From Octopus vulgaris (Eukaryota), in contig OX597819.1 in the NCBI GenBank assembly GCA_951406725.2, positions 118,606,001 to 118,670,000 on the forward strand: a stretch of 64,000 bases of DNA, in the 5' to 3' direction. Within the stretch, counting starts at the first letter, position 1, and each line of letters starts with the position of its first letter. Under the pieces are notes generated by a model. The model worked only from the letters and a program-made list of their open reading frames with translations, was not told the origin of the DNA and ran no database searches. Positions 27,022-37,980 of the stretch are shown one piece after another. Position numbers and translations under genes: made by a program.

Positions 27022-27028
<7 letters not shown>
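26613..27028. repeat. Spacer-less palindrome (152-bp arms) with a 112-bp internal duplication of the centre
   Basis: 26613-26764 is the reverse complement of 26877-27028; two centres CTTA|TAAG at 26764/26765 and 26876/26877. Confidence 0.95.
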
Positions 27029-27103
<75 letters not shown>

Positions 27104-27124
27104 ATAAATATATTTTTTTGTTTT

Positions 27125-27215
27125 TTACTTTTTTCAGTCATTTGACTGCGGCCATGCTAGAACACCATCCTTTAGTTGAACAAAACGACCCCAGCACATC
27201 TTAGCATTTATCCTA

Positions 27216-27288
<73 letters not shown>

Positions 27289-27370
27289 GACTGGCCTCTT
27301 TCAGGTTCCTTCTACCAGATCCACCGATAATGGTTTGGTCGTCCTGAGGGTATAGAAGAAGACACTTATC
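27125..27370 (-). mobile_element. SINE family A, partial
   Basis: TTTCAGTCATTTGACTGCGGCCATGCTAGAACACC...GAAGACACTTATCCAAG. Confidence 0.8.
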
Positions 27371-27374
27371 CAAG

Positions 27375-27980
27375 ATCCATTGAATTCGTACGAGGAATAT
27401 TTATGAAGTATATGGATTTCGGGCAATAAGTGTAAGCCAGACTCAATTGCTGTTCTAGAAATTCCGAGCCGGAAACTAGAGCCTGGAAGATTTGAAGAGC
27501 TCGACGAGGATATCCTGCAAATCCTGGTGGAAAAACATCCCATCGTAACTGTTGATGAACTAGCAAAGAAACTTGAATTTGGTCATTCAACCAGCGAAAG
27601 AAGAATGACAAACTTTGGTTTGAAGACTATATACAACGAGGATGACATTCTAAAGGCTGCAGCAGTTGAAATACCCTACCCAATATGTTTATGGGTCATT
27701 GCCCCAACTGTTTATCATTTATTCCGCAGTCTTAGAAATCATTTGGACGAAAAGAATACGAATTCTGTAGACGTTGTCAAAAAAGTAATGGAGGAGTATT
27801 TTTCGTCAGGAACACGTACATTTTGGAAGTAGGGGTTTTTGAAAATTTACCCAGTATATGGAAGAGAATTCTAGAAAATGACGGATTGCTTATTTTAGAT
27901 TAAAAAGGGTAATTTATTAATCTTAATTTCGAAAAATAAAAGAACTATAAAAATGCGCATAGTTCATGGGATGGCCCAAC
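27375..27980 (+). mobile_element. Internally deleted mariner transposon remnant
   Basis: KFRAGN*SLED, TVDELAKKLEFGHST, IAPTVYHLFRSLRNHLD and EYFSS...FW typical of mariner transposase; terminal gcatagttcatgggatggcccaa. Confidence 0.85.
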
Positions 27981-28292
27981 AGAATGTGGTGCGATTTTTA
28001 ATGTTTGTGAATACTGGACAAGTCATTTGTCAATGCCGCTGTCATTGTTGAGGAGAGGACCTTCAGGAATATGCATATCCTTCCATTCTACACTCATTTG
28101 TCAGCTTTCTTGCACGGAGTTTTGACAGTGGTCATCTCTCATCAATACATTTCTCTTACATCCGTACAATATTCAACGTTTCATCAAACGCATACACACT
28201 CTTTACATATATGTATGTGTAAATATAGATTGATAGAGAGATACCTACATATATAGGTAGATACATATATATATACTTACATACATGCATAT

Positions 28293-28392
<100 letters not shown>

Positions 28393-28794
28393 CAAAAAAT
28401 ATGTAAAGAAAAAGTTCATTTTTTTATTAAATCGTCCAACTTGTATCGTATTTATACAGAGGTGAACGGAAGATTTCTAACACATTACAGCTGTGAAAAG
28501 TAAAATCAAGTGGGTATCATTACCCTTATAAGACCGAAAAGAAAAGTTCTCAATAAATAACCACGTGACTGGAACCAGCACCCGTCAGACACGGCTGAAT
28601 ATTCTACCATTAAGTTAAACTACCCACTGACAACAATCACGAACAACTGAAGTGAAGAATGCATTACTTTTTGGAATACAACATAAGAGAAAGATTTTTT
28701 TTTTACATGTTTAGCACGCGTTACTATTATTGTCTATCATATACATGCAACAGATTAGAATGTTGGAAAACAAAACCATCGTAACATCTGGCTA

Positions 28795-29400
28795 CAACAA
28801 GTTGCCTTAGATGCGAAGAACCCTTCTATTGGGTTACAACAAGTAAACTGAGATGCCAAGAACCAACCTAATTATCCTAGCTGTCACTATTGAATCTGTT
28901 TCCCGCAATTGTACTAAACTGGATTTTATGCCTATTTCCTCTATCCATCTGCTCATGTCTATAGGGATAGTTCCCAGTGCACTTATAACTGATGAGTTAC
29001 ATTTTATCCGCAGTTTCCCTAGTCTCTGTAATTCAATAGCTACTTCTCAGATTACTTTTTTAATCATTTGGGACTGTAAAGTCAATTCAATGGCATTTCA
29101 TATTCTCTTCGTCTTTCTATTCTCTTTGTCTACTCCTACCAAATCAGGCCTTCTAGCTGCTATTAGACTGTCAGTCTGAAAGTTAAAATCTCATAATTTG
29201 AATTCCTTCCAGTTATCAGCATGTTCAAATCCTAGTTATCTACATAACTTCCCGTTTATTGCTCTCCTTAGATTGTCATGTCTTTTCTTGCATTCTTTCT
29301 GTACCAGCATGCTACATTTACTTACTATATGAGTACCGCTTTCCGCTTTTGATTTGCATACTCTCATGCTGATGAGTGGAAGTGAATTTTACAATTCTAA
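28795..29400 (-). mobile_element. Decayed R4/Dong-like LINE 3' fragment
   Basis: Reverse complement DFTVPND...VAIELQRL...SALGTIP...IGIKSSLVQL...TARIIRLVLGI; homologous to 40115-40990. Confidence 0.75.
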
Positions 29401-29941
29401 TCCCGGAACGCGTACATAGTTAATCAAATGACTTGTTATTTTCGTTAATTATCTTCTTGTTTGCCTATGTGAGTTACAAGTATTCCTGTCAGTGGAGTTA
29501 TATTTCTAGTTAAAGGAATTAGTCGGTCTTGACTGTTATTTCTAAATTTTCGGTATGTGGTGAAGCAACATTTTGCTAAACCCTTAATAACATATATATA
29601 TATATATATATATATATTCCTATCTTGTGTGTAATAAATTTGTGACTTTTCGGTGGTACAGAAGTATTTTTTTACTTCTATCATGAGAGATATAGGTACT
29701 AATTTAGTACTCTTATGTATACATGTACATATCTAATATTGTATGTATATATTTTTTTAATTCGCCTGTACGACTAATAATACTCTTACCACTTGTGATG
29801 GTATTATATAATACCATCCATATATTTATTTATAAATGATTTTACGTATTTCATTTGTGCGTACGGTGCTTGGTCAATTCAAACGAACTTTCGCAGGCAT
29901 GATGGGGTGGGGAATGTTAGTAGTTATTTAGATACCGCACT

Positions 29942-29997
29942 TCGGCTGATGAGAAATCACGGGTCTAGGTGGCGCTAAATTTCGAAACCGGTACCGA
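29942..29997 (+). ncRNA. Minimal type I hammerhead ribozyme (retrozyme unit 1), predicted cleavage after 29993
   Basis: tcgg-CTGATGA-gaaat...atttc-GAAA-ccgg-TA|ccga. Helices I and II fully paired; palindromic helix III ACCGGT. Confidence 0.92.
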
Positions 29998-30388
29998 CTT
30001 GATCAGCATTTACTTGTATGACCCATTTGAGATAAGACTTTATTATTGTTCACTGATATTTTTTCCTATCCTGTCTGTAATAGATTTGTGACTTATCGGT
30101 GGTGCAGTAGTATTTTTGACTTCTATCATGAGAAATATAGGTACTCATTTAGTACTCTTATGTATACATGTACATATCTAATATTGTATGTATGTATTTT
30201 TTTCAATTTGCCAGAACGGCTAATAATACTCTTACCACTTGTGATGGTATTTTAATAATACCGTCCCTATATTTATTTATAAATGATTTTACGTATTTCG
30301 TTTGTGCGTACGGTGCTTGGTCAATTCAAACGAACTTTCGCAGGCATAATGGGGTGGGGAATGTTAGTAGTTATTTAAATAGAGCACT

Positions 30389-30444
30389 TCGGCTGATGAG
30401 AAATCACGGGTCTACGTGGCGCTAAATTTCGAAACCGGTAACGA
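30389..30444 (+). ncRNA. Minimal type I hammerhead ribozyme (retrozyme unit 2), predicted cleavage after 30440
   Basis: tcgg-CTGATGA-gaaat-cacg..cgtg..atttc-GAAA-ccgg-TA|acga; one mismatch at the base of helix I. Confidence 0.85.
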
Positions 30445-30708
30445 GTTGACCAGCATTTTCTTGTTCTGACCCATTTGAGGTAAGACATTATTATTGTTCA
30501 CTGATATTTTTTCGTATCTTGTCTGTAATAGATTTGTGACTTTTCGGTGCTACAGAAGTATTTTTGACTTCTATTATAAGCGATATAGGTACTCATTTAG
30601 TACCCTTATGTATATATGTACATATCTAATATTGTACGTATATATTTTATTAATTTGCCTGTACGGCTAATAATTCGCTTACCAGTTGTGATGGTATTTT
30701 AATAATAC

Positions 30709-30742
<34 letters not shown>

Positions 30743-31128
30743 TACATATATATATATATATACTGATCAACATCTTGAAACTGAAGTTTTATTGATTTTT
30801 CTTCTTTTGTCTTAATTTCATTTTCATTAGGTTTCTTAGATTTGCTGTGGTTTATTTTTCGTAATTGTGCAGTTCGTATACATTTGCAGGTGCTTATCTC
30901 TTATAATTTTATCGTGCTTTGAATTTGTTGCTATCCGTAGTATGCTTACATTTTCGAAAAAAATTTTAGATATTTGAAATTTAAATTTTCTAAAGAATAT
31001 TGTTTGTACGTCTGAACAGTGAAAACTCTAGTGTTCTTACAATTAAAAAGTTGAAGATTTTGAAGTTGATAGTTTGTATTTTATTCCAGAGAAAAATGTA
31101 GGTATGTAAGTTTCTAACCTTATTTCAG

Positions 31129-31202
31129 GGGAAACATTTAACTACTCACAGGAGATTGCAGATATTCCAGTGTTTGAAAGCTATTTTTCAGCTATTCTGC
31201 AG
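31129..31202 (+). CDS. Candidate 74-nt exon (GETFNYSQEIADIPVFESYFSAILQ or GKHLTTHRRLQIFQCLKAIFQLFC)
   Basis: ttCTAACcttatttcAG acceptor with canonical branch point; CAG|GTTTGT donor; two open frames. Confidence 0.4.
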
Positions 31203-31278
31203 GTTTGTATAAGTGTTTCTGTGTTATTCGCTGCTGACTGGTCAGCCCAGCGAAGAACACCTCCGGCCGCTATTGTTG

Positions 31279-31339
<61 letters not shown>

Positions 31340-31412
31340 TGTTTTTCTTATTATTATTATTAATAATGTTGTTGTTGTTGTTATTATTATTATTATTATC
31401 ATTATTATTATT

Positions 31413-31620
31413 GTTCAGTAGTTTTATTTTTATTTTTATAGCGTGCTTTCACTTCACTACCGAGCGCAGCTCTGTGTGCCTTGGGTATGTGCTGTGATTT
31501 GTTCTGATGCTCTGATGGTTATTGTATGGAAAGTGTTCTGCGTAGGATGTGTGCAGTGCCTAGTAGTGTAATTTTCTGTATGTTATATGTGTTTGTAAGT
31601 TCTGGTGTTTTTGTTATGGA
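31413..31620 (-). mobile_element. Short R4/Dong-like LINE 3' end inserted in (TAA)n
   Basis: Reverse complement ITKTPELTNTYNIQKITLLGTAHILRRTLSIQ*; (ATT)n tracts on both sides. Confidence 0.85.
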
Positions 31621-31660
<40 letters not shown>

Positions 31661-31668
31661 TCTTTTTA

Positions 31669-31699
<31 letters not shown>

Positions 31700-31709
31700 A
31701 TTATTATAT

Positions 31710-32610
31710 GTTAGCTTACTTTGTTGAGTATGAGGGAGAGTGTCAGCTGTTTACAGACAGCAAACTATGGTGCGACTTGGTTCTACCTCCTAACTTACAC
31801 GGATCTTTTTCAGCCATGTTAGTAGACCAGTGTTGATGCTTCCAAGTGATTCAATGCGACAGCATTTTGCAATTCTCATTTTCGATGACTCCTTCTGGAG
31901 TCAACGTCTGCACTTTATACAACGTCTTTGCATTTCATAGTCCCGAGATTTCAACAGAGCTCCAAATGGATCATTTTTTCCACATTGTCAAAGAGTCTTT
32001 TGTAATCGCGTTGTGCCAATGTCGGGCATCCGCCAACGATGTGAACTACCATTTCACCCGTCTCACCACATATTCTGCATTTGTTGCTCTATGTAGCGTT
32101 ATCAATTCTGCACTTCATATGATTGATCCTTAACGCTTGTTTCTGAGCTGCGCATGTGAGTGCATCTATCCCTATCTTCAGGTCACTCCTCCTCATCCAT
32201 AGCCACCCGTCTTCTGTATCTGTCTTGGCGTCCTCATCTCTTGCAAACTGATCGTACATTTTCTCTTTTTTCAATACACGTTTGTCATCATTTGGCCATT
32301 TGTTGCTTAAATTTCTCCTTCGGTTACACAAGTTCCCGTTTTGATAACGCCGGCCTTCTCCGTAGCTCCAAGGCTTTTATATACCACCCAAAGCTGTTTT
32401 TTCTCTGTTTCGATACAATCCTGGCAACTGATGAAATCTCTCCCACCCTTTCGTCTGGACAAGTAACGCATTTTGATGTCACTCTTAGGTTACAAGTCTC
32501 CGTTTGCTGTCAACATATCTCTAGGTAGGATGTGTGCGGTGCCTAGTAGTACTATTTCCTGTATGTTATATATACTCGTAAGTTTTAGTGTTTTTGCTAT
32601 GTATTTTTGT
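31710..32610 (-). mobile_element. Decayed R4/Dong-like LINE fragments (31710-32460 plus a second 3' end at 32460-32610)
   Basis: KKMYDQFARD...WLWMRRSDLKIGIDALTCAAQKQALRINHMKCRID and YNIQEIVLLGTAHIL. Confidence 0.85.
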
Positions 32611-32799
32611 TGTTGTTGTTGTCGTCGTCGTTTTCCTGAAAGACTCGGATTGTTCTTTGTTACCGATTATTCTTTACTTAAAAGCAGGCAATAACAAATC
32701 ACCAAAGGTTTCAAGTAGTATCTTCTCCCGTGACTCAAACAGACAATAGTCTTCTTAGAATGCGAGCTGTAACCATCAATGCAGTCTTCGGGCTCACCC

Positions 32800-32965
32800 T
32801 CTGCCGCTATGTTCTGAGTTCAAATTCCGCCGAGGTCGACTTTGCCTTTCATCCTTTCGGGGTCGATTAAATTAAGTACCAGTTGAGAAATAGGTTCGAA
32901 TTCGATCGACTATCCTCCTCCCCACAAAATCCTGGTCTTGTGCCAATGGTAGAAAGGATTATTAT
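32800..32965 (+). mobile_element. SINE family C (Meta/MESC-like central domain), 5'-truncated
   Basis: GTTCTGAGTTCAAATTCCGCCGAGGTCGACTTTGCCTTTCATCCTTTCGGGGTCGATTAAATTAAGTACCAGT, ending in (ATT)n. Domain name is from recollection and needs alignment. Confidence 0.85.
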
Positions 32966-33673
32966 TTAAACGGAAATGATCATTGCCATAATTCAAAATA
33001 TCATTTGTTTTTAGCATTTACAGCATCGCTAATTGTGCAAATTTTGTAATTCTAACCGTGAAATCAGCATGAAATCAGTAAAAATGAGTTTTAGATTTCC
33101 CAAATATATCATATCTGTAATAAAAAATCGCATTAAATAAATAGTGTTTAAGGCAATCACAATCACCACTACCATTAATCTCCTCCTCCTCCTCCTCCTC
33201 CTCCTCCCCCTTAGCATCATCTTGAAAAACAACACCAAAAGCTTCTTTCCTTTCTTTCTTTTACACTTTCATATTTCTAATGTTATTGCTTATTCTCCTA
33301 CTGTTACTGTGTTATTTCTATGTTTCATATTCGTTAGTGAACATTAAAAGAATTTTTTTTAATCCTGAAAAACTGAAAAAGAGTTACCTTAATTATCTAA
33401 AAAATCACACTGCTAATTCAAGCCCCCCAGCTATTATGCTTTGTAATTTGGATAACCGGCTGAAATTCTTGAATTAGAAACAGCTTGTTTTATTTGATGC
33501 GTCTAAATAATCAGTATTGTTGTATGAGGTACGCAAATGACTACCCATAATTAAATCTATGCAGATTCGAATTAATACTATTCTTCTGCGCTGCTATAGT
33601 TAAAAAATTTTGCAATGGATGTAACGAAACTGTTTGTTTTTATATATATGATATGTACTATTGAAAACATACC

Positions 33674-34159
33674 TATTCCTTTATTACCCGCATGGGGCTA
33701 AACACAGAGGGGACAGAGCGGCAGACGAAATACCGCTGAGTGTTTTGCTCGGTGTGCTACGATTTCTTATTTCTTTATTGTCCACTAGGGGCTAAACATA
33801 GAGGGGACAAACAAGGACAGACAAAGGGATTAAGTCGATTACATCGACCCCAGTGCGTAACTGGTACTTAATTTATCGACTCCGAAATGATGAAAGACAA
33901 AGTCGACCTCGGCGGAATTTGAACTCAGAACGTAACGGTAGACGAAATACCTATTTCTTTACTACCCACAAGGGGCTAAACATAGAGGGGACAAACAAGG
34001 ACAGACAAAGGGAGTAAGTCGATTACATCGACCCCAGTGCGTAACTGGTACTTAATTTATCGACCCCGAAAGGATGAAAGGCAAAGTCGACCTCGGCGGA
34101 ATTTGAACTCAGAACGTAACGGCTGAAGAAATACCGCTAAGCATTTCGCCCGACTCGCA
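33674..34159 (-). mobile_element. Head-to-tail SINE family C trimer with a single ~12-bp TSD
   Basis: Units 33674-33767 (deleted), 33768-33952 and 33953-34159; flanks TGAAAACATACC (33662-33673) and TGAAGACATACC (34160-34171). Confidence 0.88.
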
Positions 34160-34433
34160 TGAAGACATACCATAATTATTTGTTTCAATATGTACCAAAC
34201 GAAGTATAAATACTTAACGTTATCAATCCTTCATTGGACCAACATTGTTACGTGTTGCTAAGATGCAGAATGATTATTGCAAATTTATTTTCCAAATATG
34301 AGTCGGTGAGAGTATGTTGACAAAACTATTTTGCATTTGTTAGTATCTGAATAGTGAAAAAATGTTTGTTCCCTTTACCTTCACAATCTGTAGCAACGCA
34401 CAAAATATGCTTGGATTTTGATCAGCAACCTGC

Positions 34434-34708
34434 CACCTAAAGCTCCACGAGGCTCCGGCAGGGGGTGGTGGCGACCCCTGTTGTACTCTTTCGCTCCATC
34501 TTTCTCTCACTCTTTCTTCCTGTTTCTTGTCCCCGACTTCCTACGCAACCGCCGAGCCTGGAACGCATTCATCCATCCATCGATGCTCTCGGTGTCGGGG
34601 GTTTACCTGCTTTCTCTCTTCTGTGGGTCTTACGAATAGCAAAGGACCACGTTTCGGACTTCTCTCACTACAGGACGAAGACCGCTTCGCTCAACAAACA
34701 AACAAACA
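34434..34708 (+). mobile_element. SINE family B, 5'-truncated, tail type 3 ending in (CAAA)n, with 13-bp TSD
   Basis: Body CACCTAAAGCTCCACGAGGCTCCGGCAGGGG shared with family B; TSD ATCAGCAACCTGC at 34421-34433 and 34709-34721. Confidence 0.88.
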
Positions 34709-36299
34709 ATCAGCAACCTGCAAAACAGTTCTCTCAAACTAGATATATTGTCTTCATCGCCCACAGATATCTTTGAACAACAACGTTAACTTTAGTGGTG
34801 AAGAAATGCTACAGATTGTTAATGGTTTATTTATATTTGTGTTTTATTATAATTATTTCTTTTCATGCTTTTCGTCAATTTTATTTGGGTAAATGGTTTC
34901 TCAAAGAAGTTGTCATTGTCATGGAATTACATCAAATATTATTAATCTGTGATATATTGAAAATGTCGTGCAGAATATTGTAAACTGAAAACAAGCAAGT
35001 ATTTTCTTCCGATGCGTCTACGTATCCTAATATAATATATACTATTTTCGGCAATTCATGACGTGACTCGCTGAAAAACAGCAGCAATTTTGACAGCATA
35101 AAATTAGACTGAATCTTTATCCTAATTCACAGTAGTATAAAAACGTCTCTGAAGCTTGACCCATTCTGAGATCATACTTAATACTATAAAGTAATACCTA
35201 ATAACGTACGTCTGAAATGTCAACGCTTGCTTTGTAATAATGTCAAAAGGAAAAATAAAGACATTCACATGCATGCCAAGAGATAATTGTATTTCTTAAC
35301 ATCTTTTAGCTTTGAAATGTAACATATTGACAGCTACGATATGAATGGAGACATGAAACATGACTCAGCAGATGTCTAAGTAACATATGCATGCATTCAT
35401 TTGTAACCTTTTTCTTTGTCTATAATAATATAGATTTGTTAAGATGTCATAAGCACAAACTGAGAGCACTGTACAACATAAAAAAAAACAGAGATGACAC
35501 ATACGTAAAGGAAAACCTATGAAAATGCTCAGTTGCGCGCTGTATTATGATTTTTATTGTATTTAAATCATAAATATATTTCTGAAGCTGTCTTGTACAC
35601 AATTGTGAGACGCGTCTGTGATACAGCTCCTTTAGGGTTGTTCACCCTGCTATGAGGCGCATGCAAACTAATAAATATGAACGATCTGGCATGATAAGGT
35701 GTTATGGAACCAAATCTTGCCTGTCAACTTCAATTAAAATTCTAATGCTTCACATTTCGTTTGGTTAGTCGATATTTCATTCCACAAAAGAAATGATTCT
35801 GTGTCAATAATATAGTTCACGCTTGGCTGCTAGTGAAAAATTCCTTTACTGCCATTGTATGTCGTCTTGCACAATTCTCATAAGTATTGCTTAAAAAGAT
35901 TGCGGCCGTTCTTTAAGTCGGGAACATTTTTTCCAAACTATATTTGGAATTTGCTCGTTTTTAATGCAATGTACTCTCCTGCTTCTTGTAAATTTTGTTG
36001 AAAGGAATGCTTCCCGACTGAGCCTGTTTAAAAACATTAATTATAAGGATTCTAAATTTTGCAGTTCTATACCTTTTAGAGAGTTGGCATAGTCTCTTAC
36101 ATCTACACTAGTGTTCAAAGGAAACTTATTTTATCGAACTCGAAAGGGTTAAATCCAAAGCAGACCAGCTTTGCTTTTCATTCCTTTGGAGCCAATCATT
36201 CTTTTGTGGTCAATCAAATAAGTATCAGTTGAGCACTGGGGTCGATGTAATCAACTTATTCTTTCCCCAATATTCGTGGCCTGGTGCAGTGAGCACAAA

Positions 36300-36990
36300 T
36301 CAGTAGCAAATGCTATCTTCTCGTTCAAAATAGAATGAAGAACTGTGCACCTTTCCTGATTTTCAACTAAGTTTAGCATCCAGTCTTTCGTTACTTAAAG
36401 GCATTTGGCCAGTCCGATAGTGGAGATTTTGTTATAAATTTCATACCGGATCAAGCCTCTTCCTATTTGATCTTTGAGAAGGTAGTGTCGAACTACTTCT
36501 GCTTTAGATGATGTATATTATGACAAATCAGCAACATACGAATTTTTCTATGAATATTTTTTTTTATTTCACCAATATTCCAGTTTACAAAATTGAATTT
36601 ATAAATAACAATTTAATCCTCTAACGAATTATATCTTTAACTCTCATTCTATAACTGCTCGTAATCTCCTATAACATTCCATCTTAATCTCCTCTTTCAA
36701 GACTGTGTGCTGAATGAGAAACTTTCATTTATACCTAGTTCCTTCAGCTTTGTTCCTTCTCAAGGCTTTTATAATTGTTTCATCAACTGAATTTCAGCTT
36801 ATCAATTTCCTATTCTTGAGAGTGGCCTCGGCAAAACTATCAAAACCAATGTGAATCTCAATGACCACTGAATTGCTTCCAACTCAGTAATGCTCTTTCC
36901 ATAGAATTTTATAGAATCGCTTCTTTTCTTGTCAATTTCATAACTATTATCCATTATGTTCATTTGGATTATAAAGGACAGTAAAGCATT
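36300..36990 (-). mobile_element. Decayed R4/Dong-like LINE RT-region fragment
   Basis: Reverse complement IQHTVLKEEIKMECYRRLRAV and GRGLIRYEIYNKIST; adjacent (ATT)n. Confidence 0.65.
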
Positions 36991-37221
36991 ATTATTATTA
37001 TTATTATTATCATCATCGTTATTTCTCTTTATCACTGATTTTGTTATATATATATGTTAAATGTTTACTATTAAATCCGTTAAAACAAATATGCTTCCCT
37101 TGAAACTCTTTAGGGTAAACAAAATAATTCAAAATGTCATTAACCAATCAGAATTTATTGACCAACATTGGATCTGCATTAATTTTTCTTTGCGATGATG
37201 TGTAAGAAGCCGTAAACATAT

Positions 37222-37259
<38 letters not shown>

Positions 37260-37284
37260 TTACGGCTTCTTATATATATATATA

Positions 37285-37392
37285 TGCACGTATAATTTTA
37301 AGGAAACTAATTCCCCTAAAATATTAGGTCTTTAACTAGTATTTCTTGGGTGAAATCATTCCTTCATGAGTTTAACAAAACCTTTAATCGAA

Positions 37393-37441
<49 letters not shown>

Positions 37442-37796
37442 CATATATCGATATATATATACATATTATGTATGTGTGTGTGAGTGTGCATACGTATTAA
37501 TGTATTCGCGCACGTGTCAAGTTTTCTTATATATTCGTAGTTGTGTGTGGTGCGTACTTGCATATATACAAATTTCCTGAACTGTATTTATAACTTATAA
37601 ACGCCTTTTATATTCTTACCTTATTTATATTTCATTTCCTCTGTCATTTCTATTTAATATTTAATTAATATTCACTGACTATTAATTGAAACAGCTGTAG
37701 GTGATGATGATTGATTTGTTGTTAATAAGCAATTATTAATTTCTCAATCTCCATTTACGTTTTTCGGTTTTATATGAATATGGGGTATATGTTTAT

Positions 37797-37828
<32 letters not shown>

Positions 37829-37937
37829 GCACCTACAATTTTAAGGAAACTAATTTTCCAAAAATATTAGGTGTATAACTAGTATTTCTTGGGTGAAATT
37901 ATGCCTTCGTGAGTTTAACAAAACCTCTAATCGAAGT
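37285..37937. repeat. Two ~110-bp diverged direct repeats (37285-37395, 37826-37937), each bounded by (TA)n
   Basis: tgcac.ta.aattttaaggaaactaatt...aactagtatttcttgggtgaaat...gagtttaacaaaacct.taatcgaagt appears twice. Confidence 0.9.
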
Positions 37938-37942
37938 TTATA

Positions 37943-37980
<38 letters not shown>

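Larger units (their letters stand above)
29617..30709 (+). repeat. Tandem array of ~447-bp monomers (~2.45 copies) carrying hammerhead ribozymes; candidate non-LTR retrozyme
   Basis: Units start at 29617, 30063 and 30511 (ttc[c/g]tatc..tgtaata.atttgtgact); roughly 90% identical by eye; flanked by (TA)n and (CA)n. Confidence 0.9.

Noticed and set aside
29617-30709. CRISPR or simple satellite interpretation of the tandem array
   Set aside because: Eukaryotic context, no short repeat-spacer pattern or cas genes; the units carry ribozymes.
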